From a virus: DNA of 59,732 nt. This document shows positions 16,059 to 25,042 of the stretch, piece after piece (the first letter of the stretch is position 1; every line of letters begins with the position of its first letter). The position numbers were made by a program, and so were the translations under genes. The stretch is from IMG/VR virus record IMGVR_UViG_3300040801_002535. One strand, written 5' to 3'. Under the pieces are notes generated by a model that was not told where the DNA came from, searched no databases, and saw only the letters and a program-made list of their open reading frames with translations.

Positions 16059-16652
16059 TTAAATAGATCCTTGCGCTTTTTTCCACTTGCCGAATTGGGT
16101 CGAGGCTGTCGCCTTATTAACGCCTTCTTCGACACACTTATCAATGACCAATTTGCGGTCTGGAATAACCCCGCCATTGGCAAGAGTCATCTCGTCGCAG
16201 ATATCCCAAACTGCGCCAGTGGCTGTTCCTTCTTTTGGCCGTGCTACTTCGCCGGTCTTTGCTGGCTTGGCAACCTTCGCCTTCGGAGTTACAGCCGCCT
16301 TGATTTCTTCAGCAGAGGAACCCGCTGGTGCGTCGTCGTAACCACTATTCTTGACGAGGGTTTCAAGCTCTTTTAAAGAGGATTCGTCTGGGGTAATCTC
16401 CAAGGCGATAGCAAGGCATTTCTGGACAAGCTCGCCGTAATCTTCTGGAGGTGGTGTCTGGGTATGATTCCAAACGATATATTGAAGCTGTTCCTTTTCG
16501 AGGCGGGTGAACGCCTTGGCATTGAGCTCTGGGCCAATGACGGTACGGCCAGCAACCTTCTGAAGTTTACTGAGCTCGATGATTTGGCGAAGCTCGGCGA
16601 CACGCGGCATGCAAGTTTGCTCAAGGTTTGTAATATCAATTAGTACATACAT
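16059..16652 (-). CDS. Paralogue B of the shared C-terminal domain family
   Basis: 197 aa with AAGGAG RBS. C-terminal TGAVWDICDEM...RKLVIDKCVEEGVNKATASTQFGKWKKAQG. Confidence 0.7.
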   Translation of the reverse strand: MYVLIDITNLEQTCMPRVAELRQIIELSKLQKVAGRTVIGPELNAKAFTRLEKEQLQYIVWNHTQTPPPEDYGELVQKCLAIALEITPDESSLKELETLVKNSGYDDAPAGSSAEEIKAAVTPKAKVAKPAKTGEVARPKEGTATGAVWDICDEMTLANGGVIPDRKLVIDKCVEEGVNKATASTQFGKWKKAQGSI

Positions 16653-16708
16653 AGCTTTTCTCCTTAATAGGGGGACCGAAGTCCCCCCTTAGAATTAGTG
16701 TCGAGGGC

Positions 16709-17140
16709 TTATTCAGCGTCAGTTGCTGGGGTGGCTTCGGTAGCCTTTTTCCACTGCTGATATTGGGTACGGGCGGTGTAAAAGGCGATGCCTGATTGGA
16801 CGCAGGCTTCGATTACATCCTTGCGGCGAGCGCCTACCATGGCGTCGCAGATGTTCCATACTTCCGAGCAAGGGCCGCTGATGTCGCTTTTGCGCTTGAT
16901 GATTTTAGCTGGCTTGGTTTCTGCCAAGTCTTTAACTTCTTCCTCAACGACTGGAAGCAAAGTTTCAATGACTTGGAAATCCTTGAGTTCGACTGGTGCT
17001 TCTTCGCCAGCGACGATTGTAATCTCGAGGGTGTAACCATCCGCGAATGGGGTAGCGAAGGCGGTCTCGACTACTTCGAATTTCTTGATGATGTTTTTTG
17101 CTGCGCGGTTTGCATTGGCTTTAGTGGTGTAAGTTTTCAT
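16709..17140 (-). CDS. Paralogue A of the shared C-terminal domain family
   Basis: 143 aa with AAAGGAGATTCACA-ATG at 17140. C-terminal CSEVWNICDAMVGARRKDVIEACVQSGIAFYTARTQYQQWKKA. Confidence 0.7.
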   Translation of the reverse strand: MKTYTTKANANRAAKNIIKKFEVVETAFATPFADGYTLEITIVAGEEAPVELKDFQVIETLLPVVEEEVKDLAETKPAKIIKRKSDISGPCSEVWNICDAMVGARRKDVIEACVQSGIAFYTARTQYQQWKKATEATPATDAE

Positions 17141-17188
17141 TGTGAATCTCCTTTGTTTTTCGGTTGGTGTTCTGTTCCTGTTAAATAG

Positions 17189-17217
17189 ATAATACCACTG
17201 GAGGAGAACCAATGCAA
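17189..17217 (-). promoter_or_regulatory. sigma70-type promoter (TTGCAT-17-TATTAT)
   Basis: -35 at 17212-17217, -10 at 17189-17194, followed by the conserved ctatttaacaggaac leader. Confidence 0.7.
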
Positions 17218-17264
17218 CTCTTTTTTTCGATTTTTATCATTTTTCTGCACTTTTATTTGATCCC

Positions 17265-17459
17265 TTAAAAAGGAATGAGGTCGTCCCACGCTGGGCACCC
17301 GCAGATAATAACTTCGAGCGGAGGCTTCTGCGTCGCCAGATTGCAGCCAAGAATATCGCGCTCGAAATAGGCGCAGGTTAAACATGTGGTCAATTCGCCC
17401 GCATCAATTAAGCGCTTGTGCAGCTCCGACCGCTCCGAAACTGGAACCTGTGAAATCAT
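17265..17459 (-). CDS. Small Cys-rich protein ending in an SSB-tip-like DDLIPF
   Basis: 64 aa. GGAGG lies 9 nt before ATG 17459. Cys pattern CLTC...C...CGC. C-terminus WDDLIPF-stop. Overlaps the helicase 3' end by 56 nt in another frame. Confidence 0.55.
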   Translation of the reverse strand: MISQVPVSERSELHKRLIDAGELTTCLTCAYFERDILGCNLATQKPPLEVIICGCPAWDDLIPF

Positions 17460-19086
17460 ATGCTTTTACCTCCGGATAAGGTTTCTTGAGCCAGACCCGA
17501 ATGTGGGTTGGTACTGCTACTCGGTCCATCCCTTTCAGGGCATCGGCTGTTGTTGAGGGTGGCTCCTCGGCGCTTCTTTCCCGCCACCATTCGCGAGCTT
17601 TTTTGCCGGCGAAGTTTTCATGCTCGAGGCATACCCACTCTTTGAATATACGCAATCCACAATAATAAGTCACCTGAATAGCGGGAGGGCGGTTCTGTTT
17701 TCTGTGCTCGGTATAAATGACCTTGGTCACCGGAAATGTTTCAATGACCGGCATTGAGGATTTCATCACTTCATCCGTATAGGCCGTGCCGTGAATCTTC
17801 AGTTCCCTTGGGAATTCAGCCCCGCACTCAATGCAGACCCTTGCGCTGGCATGATTATAAGTATTGCAAGCCTCGCAGATTCTGACTGGCGCCACCCCGC
17901 CACCCTTCGCCCCTTTTCGCTTTGGCAAGACTGGATCATTTATCGGGCCAAGCCTTCTGGTATTACCAGCGAAGTCTAGGACAAGGCAATTTTGCTTATG
18001 ACTAGCCGCCATCGCCTCGTGGCGCCCATTGATTGTCGACAGGTCAAAGCCATCCTCGAAAACAGGTCTGGTTCCCCTTCCCAGCATTTGCACCCATAAT
18101 CCCGGCGATGAAGTTGGGCGCAAAGCAGCAATTAAATCAATTCCGGGAAAGTCGAATCCTGTGGTCAGAACATTGTTATTCACAGCGGCCTGATACTTGC
18201 CTGCTTTATAGTCGATTAGCGCTTGGTCCCGTTCTTGGGCGGACATTTTCGAATGGATACTAACACAGGAAATATTGAACGTATCTAGCATTTCGCAAAT
18301 ATTATTGGCATGATCAATGCCGGCTGCGAATATCAGCCAATGCTTACGCTTGGAACCGTACTGAATTATTTCCTGAACAGCTTGGTAGGTCAGCTGCTCC
18401 TTGTCTACCGCTGCTTGCATCTGGGAGGTAACATATTCCCCGCCTTGAATCTTGACATCAGACATGTCGAATTCCATGTCCGTCCTTTTGGCGGTGAGCG
18501 GTGCCAAATAGGCTTCTGCAACCAATTTATTGAAGGCATCAATTCCGGTAATATCATAGCAGACATCATCGAATAAATCTCCGTCCGTAAGATGGCCAAG
18601 CCCTAGTCGGTAGGGTGTAGCCGTAAAACCGATGACCTTGAGATTTGGATTTATTTCTTTTAGCTCTTTAATAAATTTCCGATACATGGTAGATGCTTTT
18701 GGGCTCACCAGATGACATTCATCTATCAGAATTAAGTCTACCTTGCCGAACAGGTGGGCATTGCCAGATACAGAGCCAATGCCGCCAAAGGTGATTCGGC
18801 AATGGGTTTCCCTGCGCTTGAGTCCAGCTGAAAATATCCCAGCCGGAGCGGTTGGCCATAAGGTCACCAGCTTTTCGAAGTTCTGTTCAATGAGCTCTTT
18901 AACATGTGTAAGCATCATTATGCGCTGGTCATAAAAGGCCGTACAAGCGCCCTTTACGAAATCGCCAATGACCAAGCTCTTTCCGGTCCCAGTCGGCATT
19001 GCCACAATCGGGTTCCCAGTATTGCCATCGGCATAGTAATCATAGATACTTTTTACAGCATCATTCTGGTAATCACGTAATATCAA
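17404..19086 (-). CDS. SF2 DEAD/DEAH-box DNA helicase with C-terminal zinc ribbon
   Basis: MPTGTGKS (Walker A), DECH (motif II), FTATP, QMLGRGTR (motif VI), CEACNTYNHASARVCIECG. TTG start. Confidence 0.88.
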   Translation of the reverse strand: MILRDYQNDAVKSIYDYYADGNTGNPIVAMPTGTGKSLVIGDFVKGACTAFYDQRIMMLTHVKELIEQNFEKLVTLWPTAPAGIFSAGLKRRETHCRITFGGIGSVSGNAHLFGKVDLILIDECHLVSPKASTMYRKFIKELKEINPNLKVIGFTATPYRLGLGHLTDGDLFDDVCYDITGIDAFNKLVAEAYLAPLTAKRTDMEFDMSDVKIQGGEYVTSQMQAAVDKEQLTYQAVQEIIQYGSKRKHWLIFAAGIDHANNICEMLDTFNISCVSIHSKMSAQERDQALIDYKAGKYQAAVNNNVLTTGFDFPGIDLIAALRPTSSPGLWVQMLGRGTRPVFEDGFDLSTINGRHEAMAASHKQNCLVLDFAGNTRRLGPINDPVLPKRKGAKGGGVAPVRICEACNTYNHASARVCIECGAEFPRELKIHGTAYTDEVMKSSMPVIETFPVTKVIYTEHRKQNRPPAIQVTYYCGLRIFKEWVCLEHENFAGKKAREWWRERSAEEPPSTTADALKGMDRVAVPTHIRVWLKKPYPEVKAYDFTGSSFGAVGAAQALN

Positions 19087-19088
19087 TT

Positions 19089-20000
19089 TCAGACCTTATT
19101 ATGAAAGCACTTATCCGCGCAGTATAAACCGCATCCCGCCTCTTGATCATCCTTGCTTAGCAGCCTAGAATCCAAAGCGCAGATCCAACGGTTTTCGTGC
19201 TCGCTTGGACTTGACTGAAAACATGTCCGACAATTCTCTTCGACAGGTGCGCTGAAATGGCAGACCTGTTTGTAATCGCAAAAAGAACAGGCGAACCAGC
19301 TCGGGCTACTATTGATCTTTGGTGGCGGCTCGGTGGTGTAAATGATTTGAAAAGCACGCTGAATATATTGGTTTGCTACCCGCTCGTCGTATTCAATTAT
19401 CTCGGCGTAAAGATCATCGTCATTTTTATTTACGCACATATAAATAGCGTACAGCAGACCCATCTTTTGCATGTAGATTTGCATCTGAACAAAGTGCTCA
19501 TACTTACATTCTATTACGCCAGACTTAACGAGCTTTTTGAAGCCCTTTTCATTGCTGGTTTTATACTCAGTCAAGCAGGGGGTATTCGGTGGCAGGTCTG
19601 GGATGCCGATTGCAACTCCATCGATAGCGCTTCCGAAATGGCCGTTGTGATCTTGCATTCTAAATTGCCCGCCATCTTCGGTGACAGCAAATACTTGGCA
19701 ATCAATCATTTCCAGCATAGCAAGGAAGCGCGGCTCTTCGAGGTGACCTCGGTTAAACAAGCGAAGAATCCGTCCCTCGAAATGAGGCTTGACTGCCCAG
19801 TGAAAGTTATACCAAAGCTCCCGAGCGCAATCCCTGCCAATCATTGAAGCCCCGAGGTGGGACCGGAAAGAAGGTTCCCCCTGACGGAAGGGATCATCTG
19901 CCATCATCATATGCTTTTTGAGAAGCCCTCTGAAACTGGACCCTTGGTCGGCATCAATAGCAGAGTCAATCGCCGAGAGTGTTTTGGTTGCTAAGCGCAT
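19089..20000 (-). CDS. PD-(D/E)XK nuclease (Cas4/RecB-like recombination exonuclease) with C-terminal Cys cluster
   Basis: GSAIDGV ... LTEYKTS (D...E.K core), QMQIY, and C-terminal Cys residues (CSFCDYKQVC...CRTC). Lies in the recombination module. Confidence 0.7.
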   Translation of the reverse strand: MRLATKTLSAIDSAIDADQGSSFRGLLKKHMMMADDPFRQGEPSFRSHLGASMIGRDCARELWYNFHWAVKPHFEGRILRLFNRGHLEEPRFLAMLEMIDCQVFAVTEDGGQFRMQDHNGHFGSAIDGVAIGIPDLPPNTPCLTEYKTSNEKGFKKLVKSGVIECKYEHFVQMQIYMQKMGLLYAIYMCVNKNDDDLYAEIIEYDERVANQYIQRAFQIIYTTEPPPKINSSPSWFACSFCDYKQVCHFSAPVEENCRTCFQSSPSEHENRWICALDSRLLSKDDQEAGCGLYCADKCFHNKV

Positions 20001-20521
20001 GGATTTCTCCGAAGTCTATAATAGGTTGCAAGGAATTGCGCCTCAGCATATTTTGGGTTTCTGGGAACGAGAGTCATAGCGTGCGGCTGAAGATTGTGGA
20101 AAACAGGCGGCTCCATTTCAGGCATTAAATCCCGAATCTCGGTAAGCAGCGCGATGTTATCTGCCACATGGACGGAAGGATCAAATACCTCTGGCATATA
20201 GAATTTTCTTCGCATTGCGATTTCAAGCGTGTTTTCAATATCTCTATATTCAGGCATCATTCTTTTCAAAGGTCTGACCATGTCGCCTATAACCGCTTCG
20301 GACATATCATGGAGCAGCGCTTGCATCTGAAATTCTTCTGGGACCAAATCAGCGCAGAAAACAGAATGTTGTGCCACAGAATAGAATTCATCGCATTGCC
20401 CAGTGAACCGGCAAATCTTAGAAAGGGCAGAGGCTATAATCTCAATGCTAATTTCGCTGGCATCGAAGTTAAGTAGATCGACCGATTTCCCACCGGCAAG
20501 ACTAACTGTATAAGGGGACAT
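19991..20521 (-). CDS. HD-domain phosphohydrolase (YfbR-like 5'-deoxynucleotidase family)
   Basis: YSVAQHS and LLHDMSEAVIGD motifs. ATG 20521 lies 7 nt after AAAGG. Confidence 0.75.
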   Translation of the reverse strand: MSPYTVSLAGGKSVDLLNFDASEISIEIIASALSKICRFTGQCDEFYSVAQHSVFCADLVPEEFQMQALLHDMSEAVIGDMVRPLKRMMPEYRDIENTLEIAMRRKFYMPEVFDPSVHVADNIALLTEIRDLMPEMEPPVFHNLQPHAMTLVPRNPKYAEAQFLATYYRLRRNPCA

Positions 20522-20530
20522 GTGCAAACC

Positions 20531-20561
20531 TTTGAAAAGGAACCCCGCCGAAGCGGGGTTC
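20531..20561 (-). terminator. Weak terminator / attenuator hairpin
   Basis: On the minus strand: gaaccccgc-TTCG-gcggggttc followed by CTTTTC. Lies between the DUF669-like and HD genes. Confidence 0.45.
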
Positions 20562-20575
20562 GAGGAAAGAGAATC

Positions 20576-21271
<696 letters not shown>

Positions 21272-21274
21272 TTT

Positions 21275-21964
21275 TTAAACTCCTTGTTGTAATATCTTGT
21301 TAAAGATATAGGTGAGGTCGGGAGACTCGACGGCTTCCAAGGCTCCCGAACGGTCCTTGGCGTCATTTTGCATGTCGGGTTGGGTTTGGAGGAACCGGTA
21401 GTTTTGTTGTGTTTGTGGGTCGGTCCCAACCCCGAGGCGAAATACCTCGTCAAACATATATGGCAGTGCTGGTCCTAATTTAGTTCCCGGCATACTTGGT
21501 CCATTCATAACAACCCCGTTGCCGTCTTTGATTGCTTCTTGCTTAGCAGTCATGACCACATTGTACCCTTGCAAATCGCGAAAAGCCCGAATGGTCATCA
21601 TCATCTTTTCAATGAGTTCGCCGTAAGCCTGTCGCGGGTCTTTGACTAGTGTTTTGGCATTAGCTAGAACCACCTCAGCGATCTCCGAAATGGAATCGAT
21701 ATAAATGGTTTGATAGGTTCCCCGTGCTTGCTGGTCTGCACGAAGCCACGCTTCAGCTGCGGTTAAATCTTCAACAGTTTTAATCTCAATCATTGGGATT
21801 TGAAACTTGGCAAGCGACAGAACGCCAGCCTCCGCTGATAGGATTAACGGAGACGGCGCGGTTGCTGCCATCATCGTTTTCCCGTATCCAGCTTTCCCAT
21901 AAATCAAAGCCTTTATGCCTTGCTGATGGGCTGCTTGCTGGGTTGTTGTCAATGTCAGTGCCAA
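21275..21964 (-). CDS. Sak4-like RecA-fold ATPase (AAA_24-type recombination protein)
   Basis: Walker A IYGKAGYGKT and Walker B-like IYIDSISE. TTG start 5 nt after AGGAGG. Confidence 0.75.
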   Translation of the reverse strand: MALTLTTTQQAAHQQGIKALIYGKAGYGKTMMAATAPSPLILSAEAGVLSLAKFQIPMIEIKTVEDLTAAEAWLRADQQARGTYQTIYIDSISEIAEVVLANAKTLVKDPRQAYGELIEKMMMTIRAFRDLQGYNVVMTAKQEAIKDGNGVVMNGPSMPGTKLGPALPYMFDEVFRLGVGTDPQTQQNYRFLQTQPDMQNDAKDRSGALEAVESPDLTYIFNKILQQGV

Positions 21965-21994
21965 GGTAACCTCCTAATGTTAAAGTGAAAACCC

Positions 21995-22023
21995 ATTATC
22001 TATTGCCCAGCAAACAAATACAA
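21995..22023 (-). promoter_or_regulatory. Possible weaker sigma70-type promoter (TTGTAT-17-GATAAT)
   Basis: -35 at 22018-22023, -10 at 21995-22000, upstream of the Sak4-like gene. Confidence 0.4.
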
Positions 22024-22041
22024 GCATAAAATAGATCACGA

Positions 22042-22440
22042 TTACTTTTGGCCTTTTGGTGCCACCAGCTCAAGCGCCGGAGCGCCCGGTTTGGAAGTGA
22101 AAGCTGCTTCAGCAATTAACCTTCCCTGCTCGCCAAGCGACTTCAAACCTTTGGTAGACAACGAGAACTTCGGTACGAAAATGCTGTCAGGGCTAACCCC
22201 GATTTCAGCCAGTTGTTGCGATACGGCCGGCACCGATGCCTCGTCCAGATTGCGGTTGATTTTGTAGGTGCCTTTCAGCTTGCTGCCGTCCGGAAACTCG
22301 ACAGTATTGGCACCCTCGACTGGGTCCTTGAAGAAGTTCCCGAAGACCTTTTTACGTAGGTCCATTTCATATTTCGAGAGCTCTTTCAACTGTAGTGCCA
22401 CGCAGCCCCATTCAACCAGTTCTATTTCTTGCTCGGTCAT
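22042..22440 (-). CDS. Hypothetical protein (132 aa), recombination-module associated
   Basis: AAAGGAGC RBS and ATG 22440 (MTEQEIELVEWG...). The longer track ORF start lacks an RBS. Confidence 0.6.
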   Translation of the reverse strand: MTEQEIELVEWGCVALQLKELSKYEMDLRKKVFGNFFKDPVEGANTVEFPDGSKLKGTYKINRNLDEASVPAVSQQLAEIGVSPDSIFVPKFSLSTKGLKSLGEQGRLIAEAAFTSKPGAPALELVAPKGQK

Positions 22441-22453
22441 TCCCTTGCTCCTT

Positions 22454-22726
22454 TCACCATGTTCCTGCGATTGGTTTGTGGACGATTTCGCCCTCTTCGA
22501 TTTCCTCAATTTCAGACCCGAGGGTCGAAACCGTTTGCTCAGTCCCGCATAAATCAACCAAGTATTCAAAGCGCTTGGTGCGGGAACCATCCTCCTCCAC
22601 GATTGGTGGAAGCTGGCGGGATGCTTGGACTAAGCCGATTCGGCCATTGCCAACCCGAATCCCACCGGCAGTTATCTCGACTAGGAATATAACCTTGGTA
22701 GCTTTGCCAAATCTGTTTATAGCCAA
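22454..22726 (-). CDS. Hypothetical protein (90 aa)
   Basis: TTG start 6 nt after GAGGAGG. Overlaps the 3' end of the 3D-domain gene by 10 nt. Confidence 0.5.
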   Translation of the reverse strand: MAINRFGKATKVIFLVEITAGGIRVGNGRIGLVQASRQLPPIVEEDGSRTKRFEYLVDLCGTEQTVSTLGSEIEEIEEGEIVHKPIAGTW

Positions 22727-23220
22727 ATTAAGACCTCCTCTTTGATGCCAAATAGATTGGCAGCTTTGCGACTGGCCATGAGAACATCGACCCTGCGCTT
22801 AAATCGTTTATTCATAAGATCGCGGATTTCAAATACGCCGTAGTTCGGGAGCAATACGCGCTGCCCCATTTTCAAACCTACCTCATTTTGCAGGTCTCGG
22901 GATATAGCAATGATGCCAACCCGAGCCGGAGACATGTCAGCTGTGTACCAGAATTCGGCATTGGTTTCCTTGGCGTCTTGGGCGGAATAAGCCGTGACAG
23001 TTACCGGTATGGTGCAGGTTGGCATTCCCCTTTCAATTGGTTGGTTGAAGACGAGCTCGAGGGTATTTCGCATGCGGTCCAAATCCTGAAGAGCAAAACG
23101 ATGCTCCTCAAATTCTGTTGCCGATTTAGGTGGCGCTGGTTCACTCGAGAAACGTAGCGACAGCTCACCGCCAATAAAGAAGACGCTGACGAGTAGTCCG
23201 AAGAAGATAGCGTTTTTCAT
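22717..23220 (-). CDS. Secreted 3D-domain (MltA/RlpA-like double-psi beta-barrel) protein
   Basis: Signal peptide MKNAIFFGLLVSVFFIGG. Also VTVTAYSA, GIIAISRD, GQRVLLPNYGVFEIRD and RVDVLM, the pattern typical of 3D domains. Confidence 0.65.
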   Translation of the reverse strand: MKNAIFFGLLVSVFFIGGELSLRFSSEPAPPKSATEFEEHRFALQDLDRMRNTLELVFNQPIERGMPTCTIPVTVTAYSAQDAKETNAEFWYTADMSPARVGIIAISRDLQNEVGLKMGQRVLLPNYGVFEIRDLMNKRFKRRVDVLMASRKAANLFGIKEEVLIWL

Positions 23221-23459
23221 CTCTCCCCCTTGAAACTGGCTTTGCCGTCGACGAGGTGAAAATTCTTGATTAGGAAAACATCGTGATGAACCTTAAACCA
23301 TTCGCCGAGGCTGTTCTTCTTCTCAAGGCGGACGGTTATGGCCTGAAACTTAAAGCGGTATTCGTTCTTGTGGTAATGGCCCCAGCGGTCCTCTTTCCAA
23401 CCATTAGCGCTAAGATGTTCTTGTAATTCCGTGCGCTTCAGCTTGCTTTTTGTCGACAT
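23217..23459 (-). CDS. Hypothetical protein (80 aa)
   Basis: AAGGAGGAAATC-ATG at 23459, downstream of promoter 23480-23508. Confidence 0.65.
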   Translation of the reverse strand: MSTKSKLKRTELQEHLSANGWKEDRWGHYHKNEYRFKFQAITVRLEKKNSLGEWFKVHHDVFLIKNFHLVDGKASFKGER

Positions 23460-23479
23460 GATTTCCTCCTTGGTCCCCT

Positions 23480-23508
23480 AGTATAAGTAGGGGGCTGATT
23501 AAAGTCAA
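23480..23508 (-). promoter_or_regulatory. sigma70-type promoter (TTGACT-17-TATACT)
   Basis: -35 at 23503-23508, -10 at 23480-23485. Confidence 0.65.
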
Positions 23509-23520
23509 TTGATTTTTAGA

Positions 23521-23730
23521 TCAGTAAAGAGGGCTCGCATAAGAGCGGTTCAGCCGGTCTTTGCGGTCACTCCTGATGCTTGCCCTGACCGCATTGCCAA
23601 ACTGTTCGGCTGTATCGTCGGCGAGCAATTCATGCGCCCAGCACTCCATGATTTCAAGTTCTTCATTCTGGACAACGCCATGGCCGCGCTCTTCTAAACT
23701 AGCGATATTGTAATTGATTTTGAGTCCCAT
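23521..23730 (-). CDS. Hypothetical protein (69 aa)
   Basis: ATG 23730 (MGLKINYNIASLEE...), 1 nt after the stop of the upstream gene. GGAG RBS. Confidence 0.5.
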   Translation of the reverse strand: MGLKINYNIASLEERGHGVVQNEELEIMECWAHELLADDTAEQFGNAVRASIRSDRKDRLNRSYASPLY

Positions 23731-23731
23731 T

Positions 23732-23914
23732 TTATGCTCCAACTTTTTGAATGTTAACGGTATCAGAATCACGAAGGCCAACCCATTCGTCGCCATCAGC
23801 AAGGGCTACGATTAAGCGCTTTGGCGATTCGCCAACTACGGTGCCGGCAATGGTCATTCCGCTGAACGAAAAGGTGAGTTGAACTTTGTCGCCAGTCTTG
23901 ATGTGAGAAGCCAT
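23732..23914 (-). CDS. Hypothetical protein (60 aa, beta-rich)
   Basis: AAGGAGATTCAAA-ATG at 23914, downstream of promoter 23956-23984. Confidence 0.65.
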   Translation of the reverse strand: MASHIKTGDKVQLTFSFSGMTIAGTVVGESPKRLIVALADGDEWVGLRDSDTVNIQKVGA

Positions 23915-23955
23915 TTTGAATCTCCTTGGTTAGTATTTGTGTTCCTGTTAAATAG

Positions 23956-23984
23956 ATAATACCAAACCGCCGGAGTAGACGCAA
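23956..23984 (-). promoter_or_regulatory. sigma70-type promoter (TTGCGT-17-TATTAT)
   Basis: -35 at 23979-23984, -10 at 23956-23961, then the ctatttaacaggaac leader. Confidence 0.7.
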
Positions 23985-23997
23985 CAAGAAAATGCGA

Positions 23998-24525
23998 TTA
24001 ATTACCGATTTTCTTTAAGTCTTGGCGCATTGTTTTGCTGCGCAAACCGTCCATAAGTTTCATGATGGCAGCGAGCTCTTCAGGGTCAATCGGCTCGTCC
24101 AAATCGCGGTCGCGCTCGACGCCAGAAAACAGCCGGTGCTTCTGGATGAAGGCTGAAACCAGACGGGCTTGCTCCTTTTTCCATTCTTCCTTGTAATACT
24201 TGAAAAGCTCAGCAAAGTCCACATATTGCTCGGCAGTAAAAGCGAAGCCGATTGCGCGGTTGGCCTTCTTGTAAGTCGTATAGGTGACTTGGTCGCAGCG
24301 CATAATCTTCGCCCAGCACTGAAACATAATGTCGCGCTCGAACTTGCTGGTGAAGTAGAATTTATAGGTCTTGGTTTCATGCTCGGTAATATCCTCAAGG
24401 GTGAGCTCGTATTTAGCCAACATTCTATCAAGAGCCAGCTTGGCAGCTTCAGCCTCTCCGCGACAGCCTTGTTCAGCGAGCGCCCGAATCTTGCGCAGCT
24501 TATCTTTGATTGCAGAATCGCTCAT
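23998..24525 (-). CDS. DUF2786-like protein
   Basis: The N-terminus KLRKIRALAEQGCRGEAEAAKLALDRMLAKY matches the DUF2786 signature (KI.KLLALA...EAEAA). GAGGAG RBS. Confidence 0.6.
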   Translation of the reverse strand: MSDSAIKDKLRKIRALAEQGCRGEAEAAKLALDRMLAKYELTLEDITEHETKTYKFYFTSKFERDIMFQCWAKIMRCDQVTYTTYKKANRAIGFAFTAEQYVDFAELFKYYKEEWKKEQARLVSAFIQKHRLFSGVERDRDLDEPIDPEELAAIMKLMDGLRSKTMRQDLKKIGN

Positions 24526-24526
24526 T

Positions 24527-24796
24527 TTAAGACTCCTCTACGAACTGGCTATTAAGGGACTTGATTGCCATGCGCAGCTGGTCGTCAACTACTGCCAAAG
24601 ACTGGCGAGCATACTTCTCAGCGCGCTTCTGAAGGTAGATGCTTTTGCAAACCTGAAGGCTAGCAAGGCAAGCCACCCAGCAGAGGTCATCCTGCCGTAA
24701 GGCTGAACTGAGATGGCCCTTGTTTTTGGCGTCGCAGTTTTCAAACATGTTGTCGAGCGCAGCGATTATGATATAGGCTTTTTCCAGTTTATTCAT
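24527..24796 (-). CDS. Hypothetical protein (89 aa)
   Basis: ATG 24796 (MNKLEKAYIIIAALDN...). The longer track ORF overlaps the upstream gene. Confidence 0.5.
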   Translation of the reverse strand: MNKLEKAYIIIAALDNMFENCDAKNKGHLSSALRQDDLCWVACLASLQVCKSIYLQKRAEKYARQSLAVVDDQLRMAIKSLNSQFVEES

Positions 24797-24806
24797 TGTG
24801 GTCCCC

Positions 24807-25007
24807 TTATTTGCTGAAGATGACTTGGCCGCAATACTCGATGATTTTTGGAGCCGCTTTGTGAATGAGCGGGTCGTTGCCTGATTTTGCATCGCGGTCC
24901 CAGAAGGCGATAATCTCTTTATTGGTGTAGCCCTTGCCAGAAAAGTAATCGTAATCTGACTGGGTGAATTGTGAGTGATTTTGAATTTGTTTGGTTAGCT
25001 TTGCCAT
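24807..25007 (-). CDS. Hypothetical protein (66 aa)
   Basis: AAAGGAGATTAAA-ATG at 25007, downstream of promoter 25043-25071. Confidence 0.65.
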   Translation of the reverse strand: MAKLTKQIQNHSQFTQSDYDYFSGKGYTNKEIIAFWDRDAKSGNDPLIHKAAPKIIEYCGQVIFSK

Positions 25008-25042
25008 TTTAATCTCCTTTGTGTGTTCCCCATGTTAAATAT

